DNA of 62,320 nt, the filler included, from Catajapyx aquilonaris (lineage: Eukaryota): assembly GCA_000934665.2 (NCBI GenBank). It is 4 parts of 4 records of this genome, joined end to end, with 100 filler letters (N's around TTAATTAATTAA, not from the genome) between each part and the next. Parts side by side here need not be neighbours in the genome. Positions count along the whole stretch, not along the records: positions 15,575 to 31,185 come from JYFJ02007484.1; positions 31,286 to 46,755 come from JYFJ02007485.1; 2 more parts are not named here. One strand, 5' to 3'. A program made the translations under genes and the position numbers. The notes beneath the pieces were generated by a model that saw nothing but the letters and a program-made list of their open reading frames with translations, made no database searches and was not told where the DNA came from. Positions 24,839 through 36,991 of this stretch are shown here, in pieces; position 1 is the first letter of the stretch, and every line of letters begins with the position of its first letter.

Positions 24839-25090
24839 GATACCCCATGATAGGCTCCTTGGGCCTCTTAGGGGATCATCTTTTGAATAACCGACTTTAA
24901 TAATTTGCCTGAAATGTGATGGATTTTTATAGTGGGAGGAAACGGGAGAACCCCGAGAAAACCCACGCGAACACGGAGAGAACCCATCGAAACTCTATCC
25001 ACATAAGTATCCTCCGTCCGACCCGGGGATCGAACTCGGGACCTTAGAGGTGGAAGGCTGCGGCGCTAACCGCTCGGCCACCGTGTCGCC
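24780..25090 (-). mobile_element. V-SINE-like tRNA-derived SINE with (TTA)n tail and 15-16 bp TSD
   Basis: Head GGTGGCCGAGCGGTTAGCG...GAGTTCGATCCC. Central GCGTGGGTTTTCTCGGGGTTCTCCCGTTTCCTCCCAC resembles the V-domain. TSD CAAATGAAAGAGATAA at 24764-24779 and 25091-25106. Confidence 0.8.
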
Positions 25091-25650
25091 CAAATGAAAG
25101 AGATAAGAGTGGAATTATTAATTTATTTGTACCAGCCGTTTGGGATGACACTGTTTGAGAGGCATATTAAGCACTCATATATAGGACTCATAACTTCAGG
25201 CAGTTTTCGGATAGATGGAGGGTCACTCATACAGCAGCTGGATATAAGGATGGCACGGGGCCTTCTGATGTGCACCTACGACAAGAATATAGATGTTATT
25301 AGGTTTTGGGCATAGAAAGGACAAAACAGCCAAATGTATCGGCTCATGCAGGGTCTATAGTATGGCTCTTTTATGCAGTTATCAGTTATCAGTCACTTGT
25401 CTGCGAGTAGTGTAAAATATTTCCGAATAAGGAAAATAGCCTGACAGACGCGCCTCTGCCAGGCCAATGGAATGAAGCTATGACACTTTCCTGACACCAT
25501 TCGCAGGCAAGTGACTACGAGATTATTCATGGCATACATTGTCCCTGCATTCAACAATACTAGCTTAGAGGGAAGGGTAAAATTAAGTCCCCTTATTTGG
25601 TTCGTTTACAATGGGTGAGAGATAATTTGTTTTCAAATAATATGTTTATA

Positions 25651-25856
25651 CAGGGTGTTTCAACTTGTTTGTCCCAACAGTAATCGGAAATATTGCACTA
25701 GGCTGCTACTTTGTAAGCAGTGACTTGCAACCGGTGATTTGGCGGAGGAATGGGGGATATTCCATACGAATGTTAGGTTGAAGTGGCATATGTGCTTACA
25801 AAGTAGCAGCTTAGTGCAATATTTCCGATAACTGTTGGGTCAAAAAAGTTGAAACA
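25651..25856. mobile_element. Palindromic Tc1/mariner-type MITE
   Basis: TGTTTCAACTT...CGGAAATATTGCACTA.GCTGCTACTTTGTAAGCA and its reverse complement. Confidence 0.6.
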
Positions 25857-25879
25857 TATATATTATTTCAATTTTTTGT

Positions 25880-26540
25880 TTATAAATTCTCAACCATTAT
25901 ACCGGCTAAATGTCCGCCTTAAGCAGATTCCCAAGAATCCACTCTTTTTATTGAGGATTCCATCACTTTTTTGAGTATTTCTTGTCGAATATTGTTCTGT
26001 AGTTGGTCAAGAGCCGTTTGTGCTTTATTCATGCACACCTTCTATTTTAAATTAACCCATAAAAAGGAGACAGGAACTGTTAAATCAGGTGAACTTTCAG
26101 GACAATGCAAATCGCCAAAACGAGAGAATGATCCCATTATTTACCTGGAACAAATCTTTCAAAATCCCCATCATTATTAGATTCGTTTTTCTGGATTTGT
26201 GGTCTTATGCCGTCCTGTTTAAGCCACATAGCGACTGGACCCTGGATTTTCATTTCCGGTATTAATAAGTCTTGATTCATTTGTAGATAATTTCGACCAG
26301 TACCAATAGTTGTCATTTGTTCATTTTGCTTTTCAAAAAAATATTATGGGAGTGAATATCGAATCAGCCTCTAACATTTTGTGAATTGAATTATGTTTTC
26401 TGAATTTTTTCACTTCCCCAGAATCGATAATTTTGTTTATCGACATGGCCAATCAGGCGAAAATGTGCCTAGTCAAGAATTATAATTTTTTAATTAAAAT
26501 TTCGATTTTTTTAAAATAACAATAGTCACGATTTCTTCAC
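25880..26540 (-). pseudogene. Decayed Tc1/mariner-superfamily transposase fragment
   Basis: Degenerate translation with stops includes WLKQDG, PESSPDLTVPVSFLWVNLK*KV and *GGHL, matching the WFQQDG / WPPRSPDLTPLDFFLWGYLK / GGH motifs. Confidence 0.65.
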
Positions 26541-26561
26541 ATTGTTGTGGCCTGCATCGAT

Positions 26562-27468
26562 GTAGGGTATAGACCCGGGCACAGTGGTCCACGGGGCACC
26601 GTGGTCCTTTCCAGTTAAAAAAATATAGGAAACCGAAATAATGTCTTCATCTGGTACAGTACCTCGTGAAACAGGTCACTATTGTGCTTCTTGCCAACAT
26701 GACGCATCAGCCACGTGTGAGATGCCTGCGATCCTGCTGTATATCAAGGGGAAATCTATTTGAAGAGTAGTAAAGTAACTTCTAACCCACAGTTTAAATA
26801 CCATGTCCGGCGTAGATGATGTATGACCCTGATGTGAAAATGTTCTTGAATAGTGCCATCCTTTGTTCATAAATGATGGAAATTTGGGAAGCGTTATTGA
26901 CAACGGAAGCTACGATTCATAACATCATGTCAGTTGCTGCCGTCTGGGGCACAGTGGTCCATGGACCAGTGAGCACCTTTTTGTGGACGACCCTTTTGCC
27001 TCTGTACATCACTTTATGCTATCGTAGTTTTATGTACTAATGGTTTTGAAATAAAATTCATTCGCCAATGGATGTGGCTGGACAAGGTCAACTTTCCGGA
27101 GAGAGACAATGTTTCACTTGTGTCCGCAGGTTGCAGTAACAGAAGTCCTTTTTATATATTTCCTGTGTATTTAGAGGGGTTAGATGTAGGATAAAAAATG
27201 AAATATACTTCTTGTGTGAATTAGGGGTCCCAATCACTTCCTGACCCCTGCGCCCCGGGTATCGAGGCACAGGGGTCCATTTGGATAGGGTAGTTTCTAA
27301 AATTTGTTTAAGCCAAAGGGATGGCACTACCTGTGTATGTATTAGTCACTTATATTACCAAAGAGTACCTCCACCATGCCGAAAAATATTGGGTGTGTAG
27401 GTATAACAGGAGCTCTTCTAAAAATTCAAATGTTTAAAAGTGGACCACTGTGCCCCGGGCTCCCCTAC
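26562..27468. mobile_element. Non-autonomous DNA transposon
   Basis: GTAGGG...CCCGGG.CACAGTGGTCCAC and inverted GTGGACCACTGTGCCCCGGG...CCCTAC. Internal copies of GGGGCACAGTGGTCC. Confidence 0.65.
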
Positions 27469-27509
27469 GTACGAGTATTCCTATCTCTGATATTCTTATA
27501 CACCCATAC

Positions 27510-28000
27510 CAGTGAGCATATACTACATAAGAGGCTCAAACATTCGATTTCCGCGTATCTAGCTCTGCTTGGGTCGTTGCCAAGGCTGGCGGCCATTTTG
27601 AAACGGGGGCAACGCCAACGAGGTACAGATAGGGTACAGGCAGGCCGTAAAGGTCTGCCACCTTTGATGGTTTTGGCGGCCGTAGCACTTCACGGCAAGA
27701 ACACGCGCGAATTTGAATATTTTTGCCGTACTTCCGGAATTAATATACGTAGAAAAGTGCAAGGAGCTCATACGGCAAAAATATTCAAATTCGCGCGTGT
27801 TCTTGCCGTGAAGTGCTACGGCCGCCAAAACCATCAAAGATGGAGGACCTTTACGGCCTGCCTGTACCCTATTTATACCTCGTTGGCGTTGCCCCCGTTT
27901 CAAAATGGCCTCCAGCCTTGGCAACGGCCCCAAACAGAGAGACGCAGACATCAAATGCGCCGACCGAAGTTTGCGCCTCTTATGTAGTATATGCTCCCTG
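27510..28000. mobile_element. Palindromic MITE with 7-bp TSD (P-element-like CA...TG termini)
   Basis: Almost the whole element is an inverted repeat centred near 27750. Ends CAGTGAGCATATACTACATAAGAGGC / GCCTCTTATGTAGTATATGCTCCCTG. TSD CCCATAC at 27503-27509 and 28001-28007. Confidence 0.85.
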
Positions 28001-28147
28001 CCCATACCGTACCTGTAAAAAATAAGCAAACGCTAAAATAAAAAATACAACTCTTATCTACTAGGGAGTTACTTGCTTCACCGTAATATTTAGACGGCTA
28101 CTTCTGGGAACGAATCAAAATGACTAATCTTTTATCCATCTTGAAGA

Positions 28148-29488
28148 ATGTTCAACCCGCGGGCCCTCATGCAGCAGCATGTGGAAGCTGAGCACCCTGA
28201 GCCAGGCCACGCCGAACAACTGTGCGACAATTTTGAATCAGGCCGTGATGGGGACCGAGAGAATCCGCAAGGCGAGAATGTTGCTCATCATGGAGACAAC
28301 CTTCCAGGCCAAGTCGCTGTCAACCAGGACGACGTGGAGCCTCCCCTAGTGAACGAGGCTGCCGTCCCCTTGGTCCAGCCTTCTGGAGATGAGCAAGAGG
28401 ACGTAGCCTCTGCAGTCCTCCTAGATCAGGAGACTCCTCTCATACCAGACCAGCCTGCCAGACCCGTGGTCGTTGTAGTCCTCATAGATCCGGAGACTCC
28501 TCTCGGACCAGACCAGACTGCCATCCCCTTGGTCCAGTCTTCTGAAGATGACCAAGAGGACGCATCCGCTGCAATGTTCATAGATAATGAGACTCCTCTC
28601 CTACCCAACGAGGCTGTCATCCCCCAACAGGACGCAGTCGCTGCCGTCCTCGCTGATATGGAGAATCTTCTCCTATACGACCAGGCTGCCATCCCTTTGG
28701 TCCAGCCTTCTGAAGATGACCAAGAGGACGCATCCGCTGCAATGTTCATAGATATTGAGACTCCTCACCTACCCAACGAGGCTGCCGTCCCCTTGGTCCA
28801 GCCTTCTGGAGATGAGCAAGAGGACGTAGCCTCTGCAGTCCTCATAGATCAGGAGACTCCTCTCATACCAGACCAGCCTGACATTCCCTTGGTCCAGCCT
28901 TCTGAAGATGACCAAGAGGACACATCCGATGCGATGTTCATAGATAATGAGACTCCTCACCTACCCAACGAGGCTGCCGTCCCCTTGGTCCAGCCTTCTG
29001 GAGATGAGCAAGAGGACGTAGCCTCTGCTGTCCTCGTAGATCAGGAGACTCCTCTCATACCCGAGCAGCCTTCCACACCCTTGGTTCAACCTTCTGAGAA
29101 AAAGAGTCGGCCTCGCCGTTCTCCTAGAGGAAAAACTTGTGACTTTTGCAAGAAGAGGTTTCTCTACAGGACCAGCATGCTACAACACAGGGTAGTTCAC
29201 ACTCGGGAGAAACCCTACAAATGCCAGATCTGCCCCAAGAAGTTCACCCAGACAGGAAGCAGGAACCGCCACGAAAGGGATCACCAGGGGAAAACCCGCT
29301 TCAAATGCAAGTCCCGCGGGTGCACCAAGGCGTTCAACAGGGCCTATGCCTTCAGGGACCATAAGAACACACACCTGAAGCGCAAGCCGTTCAACTGCAA
29401 GCCCTGCAAGAGAGGCTTCTCTTCAGCCCAGTCCTACAAGCAGCACCTGCTCCGATACTGCAAGAAGCGCCGCGAAAAGACTCTGTGA
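28148..29488 (+). CDS. Zinc-finger protein (3 C2H2 + 1 C2HC) with long acidic tandem-repeat N-terminus
   Basis: Uninterrupted 446-aa ORF. Fingers CDFC..HRVVH, CQIC..HERDH, CKSRGC..HKNTH and CKPC..HLLRYC, with a TREKPY linker. AATAAA at ~29574. An upstream exon cannot be excluded (AG just before the ATG). Confidence 0.85.
   Translation: MFNPRALMQQHVEAEHPEPGHAEQLCDNFESGRDGDRENPQGENVAHHGDNLPGQVAVNQDDVEPPLVNEAAVPLVQPSGDEQEDVASAVLLDQETPLIPDQPARPVVVVVLIDPETPLGPDQTAIPLVQSSEDDQEDASAAMFIDNETPLLPNEAVIPQQDAVAAVLADMENLLLYDQAAIPLVQPSEDDQEDASAAMFIDIETPHLPNEAAVPLVQPSGDEQEDVASAVLIDQETPLIPDQPDIPLVQPSEDDQEDTSDAMFIDNETPHLPNEAAVPLVQPSGDEQEDVASAVLVDQETPLIPEQPSTPLVQPSEKKSRPRRSPRGKTCDFCKKRFLYRTSMLQHRVVHTREKPYKCQICPKKFTQTGSRNRHERDHQGKTRFKCKSRGCTKAFNRAYAFRDHKNTHLKRKPFNCKPCKRGFSSAQSYKQHLLRYCKKRREKTL
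28350..29097 (+). repeat. Coding tandem repeat, ~96-bp (32-aa) units alternating as two variants (192-bp period)
   Basis: NEAAVPLVQPSGDEQEDVASAVL.DQETPLIP alternates with DQ..IPLVQPSEDDQED.S.AMFID.ETP.LP, with some truncated units. Confidence 0.9.
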
Positions 29489-29744
29489 AGCTGGCACAGG
29501 CTTATTTTCGTACCATGAAACATTTGGTTTTTGTGTTTCAAGGCATCAATGGTACGGTCAAAAACCTTTGTTTAATAAACACAGATCGTGTATCTTTCAC
29601 AGCGATTTCTTTCCGAGTTACGGTTTCTTTCCAGGGCCCCTCTGGTGCACAATACTGTATATTGCACATGACAGCTATACCTACAGTAAGTAACGCTAGC
29701 CCTATGTGGTGGGTTGAGTACCGATAACCTTGTACACCCCAGGT

Positions 29745-30362
29745 TAGGACGACGTGGAACATCCCCTCCTGAACGAGGCTGTCATCCCCCAACAGGACGT
29801 AGTCGCTGCCGTCCTAATGGATCAGGATAATCCTTTGCTACCCGCCCAGGCTGACATCCCCTTGGTCCAGCCTTCTGCAGTTGACCAAGATGGCGTTGCC
29901 ATTGATCTCCTCCAGGATCATGAGTATTCCTTGTTACCCAAACCGAAGCAGTAGTGGTGTAGTGGATATGGTGTCTGACTGCTAATCGGGAGGTCCTGGG
30001 TTCGAATCCCGGAGGCCGGCGATCCTGACCTTGGTTTTCTGTGGTTTCCCAAGGTCACTCCAGGAATAATTTCCGGGATCGTACCGTAATATAGGCCACA
30101 GCCGCTTCCCTCCTTCCCTGTCCTGGAGGAGATGCGGGTCAGTCAGGGGTTTCTTACCCGCATCTAGGGGGGCCATCTATGGCGAACGGACACCCCTGAG
30201 GGACTGCACACGACCCCCAACATGAGAGATTGCACATGCACCAGTGTCCCCCCCCCCTCCTATCCCTACCCTCTCCCTGCACCAGCTACTGTACAATAAT
30301 ATAATAACAAAAATAAAGGTTCGTGTGATATACCCCCAGTTGGGGGTGAAAGCACTACCCCA

Positions 30363-30455
<93 letters not shown>

Positions 30456-30795
30456 TATTCCTTGTTACCCGAGCAGGTTTCCATTCCGTGGTTGAACATT
30501 GGACAACGAGGACGGGAGGCAGCCAGAATCTCCCGTTGTACCTCCTCGCTCCTCCAGATATTCTTTGCGACCTTTGCGGGAAGACATTTCGCTACCGGTG
30601 CCAGACGAGGCATCATAGGGTCGTTCACATTGGGGAGAAACCTTATGCATACCACATCTGCCCCACGAAGTTCGTCCAAATTGGAAACAGGAACCGTCAG
30701 GAACAGGGTCATCAGGGCAAAACCCGCTACAAATACAGGTTCCGTGGGTGCACCAAGGTGTTCAACTGGGCCACAATGACATTGGACCACCTGAA
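29745..30795 (+). pseudogene. Decayed paralog of the upstream zinc-finger gene, interrupted by a SINE
   Basis: 29745-29939 matches the repeat region (DDVEHPLLNEAVIPQQD). 30471-30795 encodes CDLCGKTFRYRCQTRHHRVVHIGEKPYAYHICPTKFVQIGNRNRQEQGH, which has lost Cys/His ligands in later fingers. Confidence 0.85.
29940..30455 (+). mobile_element. tRNA-derived SINE with long (TTA)n tail and 15-bp TSD
   Basis: A box AGTGGTGTAGTGG, B box GGTTCGAATCCC, tail ~30364-30455. TSD TATTCCTTGTTACCC at 29925-29939 and 30456-30470. Confidence 0.92.
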
Positions 30796-31186
30796 ATGTG
30801 CCCTTTTTGCACAGAATTGTGATTTTTTAAAAGAATTTCTGTCTTACGGCCATACACTCTAAGCTAAAACAGTTGCCACCACAATGTTCCTCATCCCATT
30901 ACCGTTCATTATATACATATAATGAACGGTAATGGAATGAGGAACATTGTGGGTAACATTGTGGTTACACATACATATATATATATATATATACAGGGTG
31001 ATCAAACTTTTTTGTCGTTTTAGTTATTGACAAATTCGGCATAAGCTGCTTTTATTTAGCCCGTTACCTGGCAACCCCGTCCGGCGGGCCAATTCAAACA
31101 TCAGCCCATGGAGAGCGCTTCCATTGTTGCCACTGTTTACAAATCGAGTGAGTGACGCGGACGACCCAGCGACGGGTCTCTTCTGN

Positions 31187-31285
31187 NNNNNNNNNNNNNN
31201 NNNNNNNNNNNNNNNNNNNNNNNNNNNNNTTAATTAATTAANNNNNNNNNNNNNNNNNNNNNNNNNNNNNNNNNNNNNNNNNNNN
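31187..31285. other. Assembly gap with artificial TTAATTAATTAA linker
   Basis: N-run, linker, N-run. Confidence 0.97.
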
Positions 31286-32719
31286 AGACGTTAGGCCTAT
31301 TATGGATTTGTGGGTTTCCTCAAAATTTTCTAAAACTCGTCGGAAAATTCGGGGGCCCCTTGATTTTTCTCAACATTTCGGGGCCCCCTGCCTACGCCAC
31401 TGTCTTATGAGTGAGGCCATAGGAGTGGGGCTGAGGAGAGTGCGTGATGCCAACAATATAATTACTCTCCATTATCACCTGTCGTTGGACAACCAGGATG
31501 CTTACGTCAGATCATGCTCCACTATTAAACAATTCCAAAACCTGTGTATGAACTACTAACTGGACTTGATGCAACACAGTTGGGCTAATGAATGGAAGAG
31601 AGTGAAGCGGTGCCACTGAAAGTGAATAATTCCCAGGACAAGCAGGACTAAAGCCATCCTCCCAGCTATGGCAGTACGTACTTGAAAACTGCCTTATAAA
31701 GCTGACAGCATAGGATATTCAAAAACTACCTTTTATTAGTATAGTAAGCCAATATTACCTATTTTATCATTTCAACAGAAGGACTTTGTAGTGACAGGTG
31801 TCTATAATGAGCACATAACACTAGAATACAGTTTGATGTGATAAATTGTCATTTTTGCTGTTTCTGCATTAAACACGTCACAAAATGGAAAGATCTGCAG
31901 TACTTTAAAATTCCTGCTCTCATATGTTATTGGTATTTGCTTATAGAAACTTTTAAAAGAGCATCAATGTAGAATTACCTCAATGATTAATCCTGTGAGT
32001 TGGGATGGCTAACTCCACAAGTGGTGCTTTTACACTCAGGACCAGATGTGCTTGAGATGTTGCCACAATGATGTGTAGGCTTGACTCAGACCGAGTCGAA
32101 AATGAGCTGAAGTCGTGCCTATGTCATTGTGACCCGGTTGTGACCCAATCTTGAGCATGTCTATCCCTGTACTGTACACCTATGGTGTACTGCACACTCT
32201 CTTAACTACTGTTTGAAGTCCCTACCAATTTTATTCAGCTGCCATACTCCATGCCGCAAAATTGAATGATCAAAGCACTTTTTATAATTTATTCCATTCT
32301 TCTTCTTTTACAAGGCAGCTGTTATGGTGTCTTGGTCTCAAGATTTTATGCACCAATTGCCATTCTCACAACGCAAGCTTTTCTGGTGCAGCAGAGAGAG
32401 GTAAGTTACTGGCCTATCCCAACCTATCTTAACCTGTTAGCTAGGTGAGAATACCAAATGTGTGATATGATTTCACTGGACACCTGTAAATGAGCCTACA
32501 CAGGCATGTCCATATATGCATTATTGATGAGCCCATGTGTTCAATAATTATGTATATGGAATATTCTTCTGCATGTATGGGAACAGATGGTTGTGCATTA
32601 CCACATTTCATACATGTGGCATTCTTGTATAATGTGAACAAGTACAGCCTCTCAGACTGGGTCATTCAAAATAATTTTGCAAACCAGAATGCAGGATGCT
32701 ACTGCAGTAGCTTTCTTAA

Positions 32720-33001
32720 CCCTGGAACCGTGCTGTGCCTACGAGTATTACGGCAACCGTGCCGTGGGGTCTTTTCGGACCCCACCATATTTTAATTTTT
32801 ATTAATTATTATATAATACTTTTCAATATATTGACCATATGCAATCATTCTTTGAACAATGGCTAAAATGTTCACTAATTCAAAATAAACATGCACTTCC
32901 TGTTATATACTGTAAAAAAATGGCAAAAGTTCATTGTAATTATCATTTTAATGCATTTTTTTCCATGGGGTCCAAAAAGACCCCACGGCACAGTTCCAGG
33001 G
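32720..33001. mobile_element. piggyBac-like MITE
   Basis: TTAA|CCCTGGAAC.GTGC ... GCACAGTTCCAGGG|TTAA, with subterminal GTGCCGTGGGGTCTTTT inverted. Confidence 0.75.
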
Positions 33002-33101
33002 TTAAGTGACACATCCTTCTTGCAAGGGAAAAATGCAAGTAAAAATATGAATTTGTGACCTGAATATAGAGTGAATGAACAACTGTACTAGATACAACAC
33101 A

Positions 33102-33102
<1 letters not shown>

Positions 33103-33172
<70 letters not shown>
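33103..33172. repeat. (TTA)n microsatellite
   Basis: Directly visible. Confidence 0.95.
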
Positions 33173-33173
<1 letters not shown>

Positions 33174-33562
33174 TACTACTATATTATTAACCCACACAAG
33201 GTTTTGCACCTTCGGAGGTGGGAGTTGCCCCTTACAATAATCTTCTCAATATATTATGGTACCAAAAAGCATAATGTTACAACAATACATATGTCACCCT
33301 TAACAAAAGTCATAACTACAATACAAATATACAATATCACAAAAAAGCAACTTAGGATGAATTTCAAAGAAGTATCTTGATAAAGAAAAGACCTGGATTT
33401 TTGGAATGTTACAAAAGACCATATGAATTTTATATGGGGTGACTTTGGGGAATTCAGATAAATATACATGTCTGGCACCCTTGGAGAAGCCACATTCATA
33501 GAGCATATGATGTAATGTCAACGGACCCCTCATTGAACATAGTGAGCAGTATTCGTCATCAT

Positions 33563-34253
33563 TAGAGTCCAGATTTTTAGGCACGAAAAATCCCTGAAAT
33601 AGGCACGAAAAAACCCTCAAATAGGCACAAAATATTTACTTTTTCGGGCATATGGAGGATAATGTTAGAGAAAATAAAAAGCTAGAATAATTTTATAGGC
33701 CTGAAGTATGGTCACAAACCATAGGAAAAACCGAATAACAAAGATAAACTGACAGGAAATCATGACTTGGGCAAAAGACACAAAGTGCAAGCAAGTATCA
33801 CTTGCTCTGGACTCTCCCACTTGTATAGCCAGTTTCCACTTGCACAATACGTTGACAAATAATTCAGAAAAATATTTGGCGTATGTGTCACGGAAACAAT
33901 TCGTAGTACCAGTATTACTTGTGAAGGATTTTGGTCCTTTCAAGAGCACAAAAAATATTCCGCAAAAAAACCAAATATGCCTCTGAAGGAATATTCCCAT
34001 AATAGGCGCAAAAAGTCCCTAAACTGCTTCAAAAAGTTCAAAAACTACCCCAAAAAAGGTCAAATAGGCATGAAAAGTTGCAAAAAGTCAGAATTTTAGG
34101 CAAAATAGTTCCCAAAACCATGAAATAGGCCATTTTAGGCACTATAAAACCTACATTTTCCACATCCTGCACTCATGAAACGGATATCTCGTCACAAAAC
34201 CATCCCAACTGTTCAGGTACTAAATAGGCATTTGCCTAAAAATCCGGACTCTA
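33563..34253. mobile_element. hAT-type non-autonomous element with 8-bp TSD
   Basis: TIR TAGAGTCC.GATTTTTAGGCA. TSD GTCATCAT at 33555-33562 and 34254-34261. Repeated AAATAGGC subterminal motifs. Confidence 0.88.
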
Positions 34254-34869
34254 GTCATCATTCAACTTAACAACTACAGTTTACTCTGATTCTCTCAGAT
34301 TTATTCCTGAGGTTAGTTAATAATCTAATCATTTGTAATGGCAGATTGTATTGTATGTACAGTATGTGACTTGCAGTGGCCCATTGTAATAATCATTATA
34401 AAAATTATATTTAGCAGATTTTTCGAATGCTTCCCTATCCATTAGCAATGAAAAGTCAATGAAGGTTTGAATCAGTCTACTTGGTTCCATTAATTTCGGA
34501 TCAGTCAACCAGCTCTCTCCCTCGATACCCATATTATCAAAGAGTTTCATAACACTAGAAGTCCACGTATACTCACTATACAAATGTGAAATTATAAAAG
34601 TTAATGCTTGACATGAAGGACTCTTAGGGGATTGGGCGGAAATTTTGAGAAGTAGCTTTATAAGTTGTTTCGCGATATTTATAAACAGGTGTCTTCTACC
34701 CATTTATAATCTCATAAAATAGCCAGTGGTATTTCTAGGGAGTGAGAAGTACCGTCTAATGAAATACATTTGAACCTTTTCAAAATCCAATATGTGTACA
34801 ACACAGAGTAGAGCAAATAAAAACCAGTCAGACAACCTATCAATATTCCTGAATCATATGACTGCATAT

Positions 34870-36991
34870 GAGGAGCTCAGTTGCAAAAGCCGACAAATCC
34901 ACTTTTCAAAAAAAAATTAGATGGAAGTAGCAATGCATTCGTTGGGACACACTCTACATGCTGACAGTTTTCTTTTTCAAAACACGACCAAGGTACCTAA
35001 TACTGGGGAGGGGGGTGGGGGAAGAAAAGAAAGAAAGAGAGGGGGGAGGGAGAGGGAGAGGGAAGGAGGGAGGGAGGGAGGGAGAGAAAACTGGACTCTC
35101 TTGCAAAACCCAATATCTCCAACGTGAAAAGGCAAAAGTTAATAGTATTCTTTTTCTTTCCACTTGACGGAGGGACGGCCAGAAGAGGGCAACCGTCCAG
35201 TGCATAAGCGGGTCACCGCCAGCGAAAGTGTAGGCTGGTAGTTCAGGCTTAGTTTCTTTTTATTTTTATTATTTTTTATATATATATTCTATATTAGTTC
35301 AGTGTTGTATTTGGGTGTATTTGTTTTAAATTACCAGTGGCTAGGATTCACGTGTCCCCCTCTTGTGTCATTCCCGTTGTTGACATTCTGTCGACCCGAG
35401 GATTCCCATCTCTGGGAGTATGCTTATACTTATATACTCATACTTAGTAAATTTTATCTGTCCGAAAAAAAAATTCTGAAGAGGGAGGAGATTTGTCACC
35501 CAGCGAGGCCTATACCATTGACATACGCGATATAGATCAGAATTTCACAAGCTTATGCGACTTAATTTCACCCGTTGTGCAATATCCTTTTAAACTCAAG
35601 ACACTTATATCAGGATATTGCGCAGTTGATCAGTATTGAATCGATGACAAAGGACAATTTTTCCTGATGCTGCAGAGTACAGTTGCGAAAGAGGCGTTGT
35701 GCCACCCTTCGCACCTGCACTTATTGCACCATAATGTCGCAAGTTTTAACTATATTTCTGCGCGTTAAAGGCACCATTGGCCACTATAAAAAGGCTCGCC
35801 GTTTCCCATCTCCTCAGACTCTCTCCAGGATGGACACCTGTATATCATACTATGTGAGTACCATTTATATTATATTCCACAATTGTATAGTGTAGTGACA
35901 CAAAATAAATGTCATATTACTGTTATACTGGTGTGTTACTTACTCTCTCTGGGCCTGATTATCGGAAAACTTGAACGTCAACTAGAAACCTGGGCTAATC
36001 ACATTTAGGTTGATGACATTCTTTTTTTTTTCTTTTTTAAAAATAATGCTGCCAAATCCATGAACATACTCCAAAATTTGGAAATATCCTGTCGAGGATT
36101 ATTGCTCGAGTTTATTAGGATCAAAATCCGAATATCGTGCAATATTTCACACTATTAATTAGTGAATCACTCACTCATAGGAATGACTAAATAGGAATGA
36201 CGCAATTTTCGTCATTCCCATGTTAAAGGTAATGTTGGGCCTCGTTTGCTAGTCCATTATGTGGACAAACTATTGTTTATCCGCACCTTAACAACGCGGT
36301 CGGGGTTGGGCGCGTGGGGGGGCCTCCCGACGGCTGGCAACGTTGCGTCGCAAACAATCGGGTGCCTTGATACGCTGCCAGCCAAATTCGAATGCCTTCA
36401 TGATGGTTGCTTGATGAAGTGTCGTTATTTGGGTTAACGGACTGCAGCAACCATCATGGCTTTCATATTTCCCACCTCCTTCATTAATACTGTGGTCGTA
36501 GCACTCGTCTGATCGGTTCGTGTGGCAGGGGTAATAAGATGCCCTTTGTTGTGCTCTCCTGGCAGCTGATTGTTTGCGACCCGTAGCCAACATGTTTGGA
36601 GCCCACCACGGCTTCCCAACCCCGCCACGTCGCTAGGTGCGGATAAACGATAGACTTTCCCATTATGTTTGCACCATATTGCAATTAGTTTTAGTACACA
36701 ACATAAATACTATTTTTCAGCTAATGGAATGTTCAAGTTCCTTACACAACCCGCCAAATCCACTCCCTTCCCAGCAAAATCTGACAAATCCAAATACTAG
36801 TCACTTTTGAAATAAGTCCTTTCCACTTGGGTTACATTTTGGAGAAAGCATTCATCTGACGCAGCGTCAAAAGTTGTAACATATGCATCTGTGACCATTT
36901 TCGTTCATTAATTAGGTCAGCTGTGATAGGTGTTTCTCAAATATCTCAGAACCAACTATTTTGGATGTCTGCTTTTGCAACTGAGCTCCTC
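34870..36991. mobile_element. Non-autonomous DNA transposon with GAG...CTC termini and ATAT TSD (Sola-like)
   Basis: ATAT|GAGGAGCTCAGTTGCAAAAGC.GACA ... TGTC.GCTTTTGCAACTGAGCTCCTC|ATAT. Confidence 0.85.

Noticed and set aside
27376..28029. 203-aa and 156-aa opposite-strand ORFs with near-identical peptides
   Set aside because: Artefact of the palindromic MITE at 27510-28000; no protein-like features.
28350..29097. CRISPR-like regularly spaced repeats
   Set aside because: In-frame coding repeats without unique spacers, in a eukaryotic gene.
30244..30495. Poly-Leu, poly-Ile and poly-Tyr ORFs (also 32943-33380)
   Set aside because: Translations of (TTA)n microsatellites.
31400..31650. Coding-looking stretch after gap 2 (possible RalGPS end)
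   Set aside because: Stops in all frames examined and no PH-domain similarity.
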